A DNA stretch of 63,967 nucleotides, counting the filler, from Sphacelaria rigidula (taxonomy: Eukaryota): assembly GCA_964200075.2 (NCBI GenBank). It is 2 parts of 2 records of this genome, joined end to end, with 100 filler letters (N's around TTAATTAATTAA, not from the genome) between each part and the next. Parts side by side here need not be neighbours in the genome. Positions count along the whole stretch, not along the records: positions 32,050 to 63,967 come from CAXNAA020000044.1; 1 more part is not named here. The stretch is one strand, 5' to 3'. The translations under genes were made by a program, and so were the position numbers. Under the pieces are notes generated by a model that was not told where the DNA came from, did not search any database, and saw nothing but the letters and a program-made list of their open reading frames with translations. Within the stretch, counting starts at the first letter, position 1; each line of letters begins with the position of its first letter. Shown one piece after another: positions 52,581 to 63,967 of this stretch.

Positions 52581-54074
52581 AACACACAACACACACACAC
52601 ACACACACATGCAGCAACAGGACAGTAGTATAGCACCGTGCAATGCGTGCGATGGGAATGCGCCGAACATAGCGGGCTGGCAAAAGTGCGTGTGTGCACC
52701 GTTGAGCGCGGGGATCGCTTCACCCTTAAAAAGGCAATCAAGTTCACCACGGGAAGCAACCGCTTCACCATGCACGTCATGGCGCAAGTGAGTTTGATGT
52801 CAAAAACGGCGACAAGAGTGATGTTGACTAGTCATATTGATTCCGCTCTCTCGTCCTACTCGATACAAAAATAACGTTGCTTAAAGAACACATAACTTCA
52901 ACCCTGGACATTTTTGCTCGGCGAAGGGGTAACGAGCTCATACCGAACATGAGGGTGTGCAGACTCAGCGAGCACGCCGACATGCTAAGCATACACAACA
53001 GCCACCACCCCGCCGACTTAGACAAGCACAACTAGAATCCGTACACAAAAGCGGTGTGCCTAGGGCACACGCCTTCAGGCTCCAACAAGATACATTCATG
53101 GCTGGATAGCACATATATCAAAATGTCCATCACAACACTTGTGCTGTACGCAAATACGCTATGAACGAGACATCGCCGAAGAGTTTCGACCCTGGGGCTC
53201 TAAAATAAATGAACGAAACTAATCAAAGGACACGTGAAGAACCCGCGGGAAATACCAATAGTAAAGGTTCTGCTGAACGGGCGTCAGAAAGACGTTGCTT
53301 AGTTTAAAAACAGGACATAGCCACCATCCCCCTATTCTGATGTATACACGCGATGGCGGGACACAAAAATCATACTAGAACGTAAAAATAATCTCGGGTA
53401 TGCAACCCTAACCATGTTCACCCATGCGACGAACTCCGCATGCATTATCTCATCAATACTGTACGGAGGATCACACGAATATGAACATAGTGGGGATTGT
53501 GATTCCACAACGACGCCTCGAATGACGAAATCACATCGTGCGGGCGAAAAACTCCCAACACAACGCTAGAGTTCGCTCCACGTTGTGAACTACAAGTCCA
53601 CTTCCATGTGCGTTTGCAACTCCCAACACATGGCGACAACTTCCAACACAAGGCGACGACCACCGCCACCACAACGACATGCTCCAAGACAAGCACACTG
53701 CTGCACGAAACGGAAGTTTGGAACGAAGTTTGGGAGGATGCCTGCATGTATGTCCCTCCCAACGGAAATCATTCCAAGAAAACTTCTCTCTCGTGCAGCC
53801 CAGGAGCAAAATGGCATAGCAGCATACGATGATAAAAGGCAAAACACCTACCAATCCGCCGACACATCTCTATACGCATATGATTTTACTCTACTGTACA
53901 TCACATGCACGCAATGGACGATGTCGTACAAAAGAGTGTATGTTTCATGCATATACCCCGACCGTCGTACAACTTAAAAATCAACCATATCAGGAGGCGC
54001 GGCACAGGCGCACACACCGGGGGGGCGGGGGAGGGGGATAAAGTTACACATGAATCTACTCGGCAGCCACATCG

Positions 54075-55494
54075 CTAGTCATACCACGGGCTCAACACCA
54101 CCGATTCATCGTGTACCATGTCCCCACCGTTAACCTGCTGCTCGTTCCCTAGCGCCGCCACTGCCCTAACCAGCGACATCTCCCGCGTTAGCGAAGGCAC
54201 CATATCTCCCATCATCGCGGGGCACTCCCCCAGGTCCATCCCCAGCCCCCCCAAATCCCTGAAATCAATGCCCTGCTGCGGAAGCAACGCCCCGCCGAAG
54301 GGAGACGGTGCCGGTGCGGCGGCGGCGGCCGCAGGCACCGAAGTCGTCACCACGCCGGACTCAGATGCGCCCGCCCCCCCATGCTGCTGCTGCTGCTGCT
54401 TGAACATGTGCCCCCTGCTGGTGCTGTTGTCTGCAAACACGGGTATGGGCATCCACCGCGCAAAGCTGGCCGTGTCCGAAAGTTCCCACGGCTGACTAGT
54501 GATCTGGTGTAGTGCTGCCGCCGTTGTCGCCCCCGCCACCGACTGCCCCCCCACCCTATGTTGAGCAAGGTGCAACACGTCTCCACCCGCTGGGCCGGCG
54601 ACAGCTGGAGTTGCCGTTCCCGAAACGTAGGTTATCTGCTGCTGTAGCCTACTCGTTTTTTCACCCCGCGATAGTCTTATTGTTCCTGCAGTTTCCCCAC
54701 TAGTATCCAGCACATTGTTCACCTCCCCGTCGCAGCCGTCGGCGCCTTCTAAGAGTTGGCGGCGGGGTGGGGTCGGCGGTTCGAGCAACATATCGGTGAG
54801 TGAGGGCGAGCCGGAGCGGGAGACCGACGGAGACACCGTTGCTTTTTGTTGGTGGTGGCGCTGCAGATTCACTGCCGCTGCTTCTGCTGCTGCCGCCACT
54901 ACTGCGGCTGTCTTGACCTTGATCTCCATGGGAACGGTGTTCTGCACTGCCATATCCTCACAGTCATTAGTGTTACCATTATATTCGCGGCGAGCAGTAG
55001 CCTCCCCCACAGCCTCCACATCTGAATGTCCATTCCGTTCTGGTGGATCCGAATCCCAGCAGCTTGCCGACGACGACGGAACAGAATGTGATGATGACAC
55101 CGACAGAGATGATGTTTCGTTGCTGCAGATGCTGGTCACCGAAGCCGTGCGGGCGGGCGAAGGCATTGAGGCCTCGGATGGTGCTAGGGACCCATCGCGT
55201 GTCGTCTGCTCTTGCTCCGCCGCTACCGCAGCCGCCGGCTCCGAGCGTCTGACGGTCGGCTCCTTTCGTTTGCGGCCGCGCTTCGCGCCTGGCTTTTGGG
55301 TTGACTTCTTACTGATCATGCTCTTCTCGTCCTTGCTGTGGCATTTGTTGTTGCAGGCTGGGGCAACTTCTTTTGCTTCTGGTTGTGACGGCCTCCCGCG
55401 GGGGCCGGACTTGCGCCGCTGCGAGTAGGCGCAGTCTTGCTTCCGTCGGATGCATTGACTGCACGGTTTGCCACCATTGCAGCCACGCTTACTC
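54075..55494 (-). CDS. Zn2Cys6 TF large exon
   Basis: tctctcag| acceptor; open to TAG at 54075; Cys3-Cys6 of the cluster; Ser/Ala/Gln-rich tail. Confidence 0.88.
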
Positions 55495-56668
55495 CTGAGA
55501 GAGAGAGAGGTGAGATGGGTTGGGTTTGGGGGACGGGGCGCATGAGGTGGGTGGGTGGACGAGTTATTGAATACTGTAGGGCAAATAGATTCGCTGCGAA
55601 CCTGGATAAACCCGCAAAACTTGGTCGTTGTGGCTTGCAGAGATGCGGCTTGGTTGAAATAGCAAGTGATGATGAATACAGACCACACGGACAGGGGTAT
55701 GTTATGTGTAATGATCGAGCGCGTTTGTATGTTGCAACCTCATACACGCTGCTCAATACACAGCGATGTGTTTGAAGGCCTGGCCGCTGTAAAGCCTTGC
55801 CTAACATACGTGAATTATTAGTTCGTACGATCGCGCACGTGATGCTGTGTCAATCACACTTAGCTTTTAGGACCCGAGCCGCTTGTGTCTTCAGGTGCTC
55901 ACCTGGTCAAAAACAGGCAAATGTCTTGTACTGAATTGGTGTGTAATGTAGTACCACACTGTTGCTGTTTATGGCTAGATTAGTCTGCCCAGAGGTCAAA
56001 TGCATGATCCAACCTCCCACACCCGTACAGAACACACCGCGAAAATAAAATAACGTGGCGAACCAGTAAAACTCACTTTACACAGTAATTGCATGCTTTG
56101 CGGTACACTCCCTCCAGAAGCGGCCTCTGCGACTGCTTCCCTGCCCCGGCTGCAGCAGCGGCTACCATGTTGTTGCTGGGACACAAAGCGATCCGAAGCC
56201 TCTGTCCAGGGAAGAAAACGGATGTCAACCCGCAAAAACAACTCTTGCTCTGTTCGTGGCTCTTCGATACCTTGCCGAAGGCGAGATGTTTCTGCAGCCC
56301 TAGTATTCGCCCGGAAGTCCGTTAATAGCCACCAAGCGAGCACGCGGATACCCTTGGCCAGGGATGCTACGTACTGAATATGGTCAAGTACAATTGCACT
56401 GGAGAGTGTGGCAGCAGGCCGAGGAGACAAATGGTCACCTGTCATGGGCTATGTAAATTCGTTGGAATGATGCAATAACGCCACATTACCTCGCGAATCC
56501 TGTTCTCCGTACAGTACTCCGATTCTTCATATTTTCGGCGCTTCCACCTGCTGGGAATTTTTCCGGTTCAACGACCGCATCACTGGGTGATCTTGTGCTC
56601 CTAGGAAATTTCTTGACAAATTTCCTGTCTACTTCATAGCACAGCTTTGTGGCAAGTGGTCGCCCCAT
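54075..56668 (-). CDS. Zn(II)2Cys6 (GAL4-type zinc cluster) transcription factor with long low-complexity C-terminus
   Basis: Exons 56668-56490 (coding or 5'UTR), 56175-56077 and 55494-54075. Splicing gives ACNYCVK|SKRGCNGGKPCSQCIRRKQDC = C-x2-C-x6-C-x5-C-x2-C-x6-C, followed by RKSGPRGRP and basic KRGRKRK. An alternative start ATG at 56168 has aacaacATGg context. Confidence 0.88.
56077..56175 (-). CDS. Zn2Cys6 TF exon carrying Cys1-Cys2 (MVAAAAAGAGKQSQRPLLEGVYRKACNYCV)
   Basis: tttgtgtcccag| acceptor; AA|gtgagt donor, phase 2. Confidence 0.88.
56490..56668 (-). CDS. Possible first exon of the Zn2Cys6 TF (may be partly UTR)
   Basis: ATG at 56668; GAG|gtaatg donor in phase with the acceptor at 56175. 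Confidence 0.5.
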
Positions 56669-57561
56669 TCATAGGTTGATAGATAGAACGTGTTGTGGCT
56701 GGTCTTGATTGGTTGGTTGGCGGCGTGTGTGTGGATGGTTGCAGAGAGGCGTTTCGTTTTTTGTGTTCGTTTTCCTCGCGGCTTGACTTGAACAAGGCGT
56801 GTAATATGTGTGATACTGGATGTGGCTCTTGGGACGTAGAGATAGACGCAAATATTATGGCATACAATTATGTCATAACCTTTGGATAGACGCAATGGAG
56901 ACCGCAGGTTTCTACAGGTTTGCCTGATCCATTATACAGAATGACGGGTCCAGAATGACCCCTGCGTCGTCATCATAATTTGTCCATGTCGGTTGTTGTA
57001 GCGCGTAGCGGTATGTACCGGACCACATGCAACACGATGTAGTCAGCAACGTACATGTGGGGACAGAAGTCCACAGGGGTATGGCGGCATGTGAACTAGG
57101 CCGAGAGTGAGAGCAGGGTTGATTCATGGGTGATAATTCCACATGATACCCGAGCATTACACATGCCTCAGGTACCCTTCCTGAATGACCAGCGCAAGGC
57201 GGTCATACCGGATCTTTGAGCAACCGGTGTAACTGCCTGGGTGTAACCGGGGGAATTACTACTGGGGAAACATTTGACACGTCGGACAGCCCATGAGCTA
57301 CCTCCAATACCTAGTCGAAGGGGGCTCTCATATCCCTTGCCCAAGAAAATGAAATACGTGACAGCGGGGGTCCGAGAAGCCGAAGCACTAGCTACCTTTG
57401 CGCTACTCCGCGTCAGCGCCGAAGGGATAAGCGAATACGGGAAAAGCGACCAAATGATGTAGTTCATGATTCAGATCAGTATACTAACAACGAGTAATAT
57501 TTAGGTGGCTCTCATGAGCTGTCTTACGTGTGAAATATTTCCGCATGCTATACTCTGCCCG

Positions 57562-57821
57562 TTCTCACACCATGCCCAACAGCGGAGAGCGACTATGTCG
57601 TGGGTACACAAAAATTGACTCAACGTTCGACGAGGGAAAGGGACTGCTGAACCTCTCTCGCGATAAAAAAGAAGGGCGAGAACAGCATAAGGAAGGTGGA
57701 GTACTAAAAACAAACAAGCAACAAAACTCCTGTGTTGACTCTCCTCCTGCTGTGTGACCCCGGCTGATGCGCCCACAAATACCGCAAGGTGTAGACCGAC
57801 GTCCAAACCAGATGGGACGAC
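57562..57821 (+). repeat. Dispersed repeat copy B (partner at 52325-52580)
   Basis: Same collinear blocks in the same orientation. Confidence 0.8.
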
Positions 57822-59265
57822 ACTCATTGTAGCTTGTTACTCACTAGAGAAAGAACAAATACTCGTGCAGTGAGTGAGTTCGTGCAACATAAATTCATCT
57901 CCAACATTCCTCGCAATGATGCCGTGCATGCTGAGAGTGAAGACACATCATCGAGTTATCGAGTGTGACTATCATCATACATTTCGCTTGCTACTATTTT
58001 TTGCCCTGTGCGATGATCTATTACAGGCAGTTCAGAGGCTACGAGACTACAACAGAAGCATAAGAACCACTACGGGGCGGGTTCGGTTGATTTTCTTTCT
58101 TGCTGTTCGTTTATGACAGCAACAGCGGGTCCGAGAAGGCACCAAAAGATTGAAGTTCCCCCCCATCTTCGAAAGTAACTGCTGTGATTGCCGTGAGCGT
58201 TGAAGGTGCGACCTGTGATATATGTGTGCAACAGTATCCGTTTTGTCGATAAATATTGTTGTAGATTCTGCAAACAAGGCAAATACAAGGGTAATAGGTT
58301 GCAAAACGGGGTAGACGCCCCTTCTTTCAGATGTTCACAGTCAGTACAACAGCACATCTTAGCACTGAAGAGCACGCCACGACACAACGTTCACAACAGC
58401 CAGCACAACGGTACAGGACTAGTGCCAAGTCCCAGGCATCAATTGGAGAGGCAGTAACCCATGCACATACAATTGACACTCGATATGGGGGCCCATCTAC
58501 AGTATCAGCGTGTAAGACGTTAGTGCAGTAAAGTGCAACTACAGTATACGTGCACCAAGCATGCAACAGTGGCGTACGAAGTGAAGTCCCTCCTGTCAAC
58601 TGCCATCTTTCTCTGCTCTGCTGCGTTTTAAAACTGGAGATACTTTCTTTCGACCAACCGACTCCCCCGGGAGACTGTGATGTGGACTAGTCTGGCCCCT
58701 TCTTCACTGTGCTCTCCCTGTACCTACCCATCATCCTGCGATTGAGTTGAACGATGCACAGCCAACAGTAGACCAGCGATCCATCCAAGTACCCGCGGTA
58801 AGCTTGACCTGAACGCATCACCACTCTGAAGTATTTTTTCGAGAACAATGAGGGTTATGTGGAGCGTACGGAACAGACATCGACGTTATTGTGTTATATA
58901 TAAGTAACACTACAGTCTTGTACACTACATCAGTGGCCAATCCCCGCCAACGCACTCTGTGCCCACCCCCTCCCCCACCGCCTTTTACGAGATGTGAGAA
59001 ATAGTGCGCGTGAGACGACAAGTGAAGTCAAGCATTAAGTTTTCCCCAGGAGGATCGGCCAAGTACATTTCTCAGGAGCCATACCCCAAACCCATGTTCT
59101 GTTGAAAACGTGGGTCAGAGTGGGAAGGGGTGGAGGACCATTCCGCAGGTGAAGAACATGGATTTCAAGCGTACGCAGCAGAAAGAAGTTGTTGCCGAAC
59201 AGCCAGCACGAGAATTGATGCCTCAATTGATGCCTTTATTCGCCGGGGGTTGTTGGTTGGACGGG

Positions 59266-60620
59266 TTCTGATATTAGACCGCTTTGTATGGCAACCAATC
59301 CATATTTGTGCAAGTATGAGGATTTCAGCCCGTCTACAGACGATTTTCTCCCGTGGATGGATTTTTCAGACTGCAGCCCATTGGGCAATGGTTTTCGCCT
59401 AGCTCTGAGGAAACCAAAAGTCAACGTCCAGAAAAAAACAACCTTGTGTGCACTGGTATTTGTTTTCATCATGCCTTATTCATTGTCCATACCAAAGTTC
59501 AGGGTCCAACTCTAAATATTGGCCGTACAATCGGCCGTTTAGTGATGCGGTCAGAAGAAATGCGGAACAGTATTTTGCAGGCCACTTACCGGCCCATGTT
59601 TGGTGTTGTGTATTTTTTAACTTTGTGTGGGCCGTCGTGGCTAGGGCATAATTGACGAAACAAAGTGGGTAGTTTTTTTTTTTTGCTGGTTTACGGCGTT
59701 TGAGTATGGAAACGACCATTTTTTTACGAGAACGCCCGAACCTCTCCCAATAAAATAAAATTGAGCGTCCATTTTTTTTCAAGTAGCATACCTCTGTCGT
59801 TTTATATCCTGAGGTTCACGTCACAATTCTATAAATTTCGCTAAAGAGTTGAGATGAGGCCCAAGAACAGTGTTCATTTTTCCTCGAGACTACCCCCAAA
59901 ACCCGAAAAAAATGAAAAATAATGAAAAATAATGAAAAATAATGAAGCGTTGTTACGCACTTGCGGTTCTCCATACGAAATTTCATTGTGTAACTCTAAA
60001 AAACTGAGACGCGATATCCAGGTTTAGTTCATCTAGTGCCTCTGCTTGTAATATAATGGTTTTGGTATGGAAACTTAAGTGCGCCATATCTCGAGGTAGA
60101 TTACGAATAAGATGAAGGTGAGGGTATCTATCATCTCCTCGTGCTCCAGGGAATGTCCAGACCAAAATTCGTCGTTATCCGCTCGACGCATCGATCGGGG
60201 GGTTCACAGAGATTTTGGTATAGACGCTATTTTCGTTAGGTATAGGAATTACTAGACATGGGGTTTAACCAACGAGAAGAGATGGGCCCAAACTTTTGAG
60301 CAGATTGGCACCTTCCCCTTCGTTAGACGATTAAAACATTATGCGGATCATGGCCCAGCTCGTCCGTGTCGACGAGATATTGCTTTGAGAGCTTAAATCC
60401 GTGTCTAGGCTGACTCAGCTCGCAGCTGTAGGGAAGCCAGATCAATTCTCCGATTCTCTGGACGTTGACTTTTGGTATATCATCCTTGTGCTCAAATCGT
60501 GACACTCCCGCATCCTCCCCGATTTTGTCAATCCACGGGAGAAAATCCTCGTAGATGGGCTGAAATCCTCATATTTGTACAAATACAGATTGGTTCCCAC
60601 AAAAGTCGATATGAGAAGTT
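59266..60620. mobile_element. Non-autonomous element bounded by ~90-bp inverted repeats
   Basis: atttgtgcaagtatgaggatttcagcccgtctac...ttttctcccgtggat pairs with atccacgggagaaaat...gtagatgggctgaaatcctcatatttgtacaaat; TSD not identified. Confidence 0.65.
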
Positions 60621-62409
60621 GATTTTGGTTAAAAAGAAAGGACACCTACAGAAAGGCCTTTGCCGCGCACATCAATGGTTTGCGTCATACTCGATTCACG
60701 CATGAGGCGCGACCGGCATCGCTCTGCTGGCTCAGACCGCTTTTCATGGGCAAAAAGATGCAAACCGATCAAACGTGCGTATTTTGGCCCTTCAGCAGTC
60801 TTTCTTCGCATGAAGAGACGGACCAAGCGGATTGTGCCTCCTCGGAATGCCTTGCTCTACGGCGTCAGAGGATTCCGGCACAATTGGGCGGTTTTCGGTT
60901 CGCGGAGTTTGAGTCTCGACCGAAAAAAGTAAATCGCTCAAGCCTTGCACATGGCAACAAGATGAAATGATCACTTTTAGCGTGCCAGAATCCTCCCACT
61001 CAATAGATCAAGTCATTATGTGGTGATAATGTCCACCTGGCCGTATTTTTCCGCGGAAAACGCTGCCGAATTACAAACTAGGTACTTATGAGCAAAGCAG
61101 TTTGTCGTTCCCATTAGAAGTGGTCTGTCTCAGTGGAACAATAGAGTACGAGTACATGAATGTGGTGGTTAATACAAACACCTGTTGCTAAACAGACAAA
61201 TGGCGTGGTGTATATCACTATTAATAGGGCTACGTGCTCCAGGCGCGGAGCCTGCGGTTGTCGCTGGGTGGTGTTTTGTGCCTGGCTGATTGGTTGATTG
61301 ATTGTCGCCCATTAGCTGATCCCCGGGGATCTCGGCCGTACAAGCAGTCATAACACAAAATAGACGTTCCCCCACGGAGAGGAAACGAAAACACTAACTA
61401 ACGGGAGGAAACTCGACAACAGGAACGAAAAAGAATAAAGGAAAAAAGGCCTGGGGCTTACGGCTTCATTTCCCCTACCCCCACAGCTCACTGAGCAGGA
61501 CGAGCAGCATTCGAAACACACACAAGCGGCGCTTGTGGTACCACAATGGTGGGGTGCCTGTTCCCCTTGCGAACCCCTGTGGGGGGGTAGCAAAGGATGT
61601 CGGGGATATCCATCGCTTCATCACTACTAACCCACATACTACACTCACAGCCGGATGATACCCGACGGCAGAAAGGTGCACCCGCCTCGCTCGACTATGA
61701 ATCGCTTCTGCCCGACTTCTGGCTGAAACTTTCCTGCTCTTATATCACGTCTTTCAAGCTCCCATGGTCCATTAAGATCCATGTACGGACACAGGAGCCA
61801 TCCTCCATATACCTCGAGGGATTGTTTGGCGGAAAACACAAACTCAGTAAGACTCACTGAGGTACTGCATATACCTGCACTATTAATATTAAGATATGTC
61901 GATAACAAGACTGCCCCCTCGCTGCTTAAGTCATCTGTGTGTCTTGCACAGGAGAAAAGGGGACGGGTCAACGCAGCTACTAATATTACAAAATTGGGCA
62001 CACTGGTTGCAGTCAGGTGTCAAGCACATCTTCACCGTTTACCCCTTCGACCACCAGGATCAGACGTAGTGCTGAATCAGAATATTTTTTACTCGAACAA
62101 TACATGTGAAGACCGGGTGGAACACTCTAGCGGTCGAGGAGAGGTCAAGCTGTTCTACTATAGCGGCGTTCCTCTCGTTCCTCTGTGCTTTTGCGCAAGA
62201 AACACGAGCACTATTTTAACGACGTTTCAAAGGGTCGGCAACTACCACAACAATCGTCCAGGGTAAGCTGCACTCACGCAGCTTCTTGGACCAGTTCTAC
62301 TGTATATCGCGACTTCATCAAACTCCCTTCCCCCCCACAACGCTGTCATTTGGATCATGACGCTGGTTCGCTCTACTGCTCTTATACCGTACCCACCTCT
62401 TTTATCCTG

Positions 62410-62805
62410 TCGTAGGAATGGGGAAGGTCGACCCTAGAGAAATAAAAAATGGCACACAATTTTCTGATTGGCCAAGAGGAAGAACCCATTAGATATGATT
62501 GGCCGATATTCCTTGATCGACGGCTGGCGTCAACCACGGCCCTTGGAGCGGAGGGACTTCTGAGTATGGGTGCCGTCACGCGGGGAGTTTCTTTTTTCAA
62601 GAAGCCCGTTTGCGGGGGCAGGGAATTTTCTCGATTTGTATAGAACCGAAAAAGCATGACATGAATGAACGCAGTGGCACGCAGTTCCGTCGACCAAGGA
62701 ATATTGGCTGACCAGATCTGATGAATTATTTATCTTGGTCGAACAGAAAATTGCGTACCACTTTTAAAATTGGCCAGTCAACCCTTGTGTGTCCCACCCT
62801 CGCGA
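62410..62805. repeat. Imperfect foldback/MITE-like element
   Basis: caattttctgattggccaaga vs tcttggtcgaacagaaaattg; atattccttgatcgacgg vs ccgtcgaccaaggaatat. Confidence 0.65.
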
Positions 62806-63049
62806 ATGACCAGAAGCGCATTTCTTGTACCACCACTCTCTGAGTCCACGCGAGGGTTCATCTCTGGCGTGCTATACTAGCAGATTCTACAAGAGGAAAA
62901 GAGAGAGGTGAGCGCGACAGCCAAGTAATTCAATTCCCTCTCCATCACGTACTGCAAGTATGACGCACCGACGTGCAGAAGGAGTCGTGCGAACTGCAAG
63001 TCTGGATGCACGCCCCTCGCCCCTCCCCCCTCCCTCGCCCCGCATGGTG

Positions 63050-63360
63050 AGACACCCATGAGGCAGTTGTATAAGCCGTGGCTGTCTCTGGAAGTGGCGA
63101 TACCAAGAAATGAAGCAACTCATTAGAGGCCGCCATCTATCTGCGAAGATGATCAGTACGCTTCAAGCCCAACGATCTTAGCAGGATGCAGCTCACCGCT
63201 CATGCGACTCGCCGACCAGATCCCGGCGCTTCGCGCTTGGTGATTGATTGGGAGCATGGTCCAGCGAAAACCCGGCGTGCTCCGTCCCGGCTGTGTAGGG
63301 ATGCGAGGTCAATGGTCCTATGCCTGCGGCATGCAAGATCATCAGTACCCCCCCCCCCCC
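63050..63360 (-). repeat. Modular dispersed repeat (copy 2 of 12230-12530)
   Basis: Shared gccgtggctgtctct, aagtggcgatacca, gcaggatgcagctca, cggcgcttcgcgcttggtgattga, gcatgcaagatcat; C-tracts nearby on both sides. Confidence 0.85.
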
Positions 63361-63830
63361 TCATCAAAGGCCGTCAACATGGAGAAAACATCCCGTCATA
63401 AATGTTTTCCTCCCAGCTTAAAAGCGGCCGAACGTTGTCCAAACTACAGTTTTCCCAGTTTCCCGAATGGACCCGATGGACCCGATGTAAGCATATGACT
63501 GTGAAGTGCAGACCAAGCTGGTAACACACGGCACCGCCACTGATAAAGGGGGAAAAAATGGGGAAAAAATGTACTGCATAATATATAACTTCAACGACGG
63601 GCGAAATATATATATATATATATAATCTGTAGGGATTCGAACTCATGACCCCCATAATTGGAGTCTCCTATCATTTGAATTGTAGGGGCGCGGCTGCGTC
63701 ACACGAAAAGTGCGATGCCCCGCCCAATTCGACGACTCTTGAGCTGAAATTTCACGAAGATCTTCTGCACCCGAGGAAATCATACATTGCGGGAGCAGCT
63801 GCAGATTATCTTTTTTTCCTGGACTTATGA

Positions 63831-63967
63831 CGCAGACTCCAAGAACTGGCCCGAGAGAAGAATGTTCCTCTGTATATGTGCTTCATCGACCTCCAAAAAG
63901 CGTACGACTCAGTGGAACGTTCTCTTCTCTGGAAAGTTCTAGCACGCTACGGTATACCCGCCAAGGT
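63831..63967 (+). mobile_element. RTE-type LINE RT fragment (5'-truncated, runs off the window)
   Basis: RRLQELAREKNVPLYMCFIDLQKAYDSVERSLLWKVLARYGIPAK, uninterrupted. Confidence 0.9.

Noticed and set aside
54715-55428. 237-aa + strand ORF
   Set aside because: Antisense shadow of the GC-rich Zn2Cys6 exon.
55495-55688. N-terminal part of the 537-aa ORF
   Set aside because: It lies upstream of a strong acceptor, and the missing Cys pair is in the exon at 56077-56175, so this part is intron.

Overview
Eukaryotic nuclear DNA with long, repeat-filled introns. Gene content and style suggest a flagellated stramenopile such as a brown alga (inference only). Three spliced genes were reconstructed by hand with phase-consistent splice sites. 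(1) + strand COG0523/CobW (ZNG1-like) metallochaperone GTPase: 14 exons over 7445-31551, about 664 aa, start not found and 3' end lost at a scaffold gap. It appears to carry an unusual ~214-aa C-terminal extension (Pro-rich linker, F-box-like segment, unknown region) and probably uses one GC-AG intron. (2) Complete 4-exon + strand TMEM216-like ciliary transition-zone gene (46494-48781, 144 aa). (3) - strand Zn(II)2Cys6 transcription factor (54075-56668) whose cluster is split by an intron. The rest is decayed RTE-type LINEs, non-autonomous DNA transposons (one hAT-type with an 8-bp TSD; one with a 4-bp TSD confirmed by an empty site elsewhere in the window), several long foldbacks, an 85-bp AGCT-rich tandem array, a modular dispersed repeat, a tRNA-like Pol III unit and an artificial N/TTAATTAATTAA linker. 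Most short ORFs in the track are not genes.
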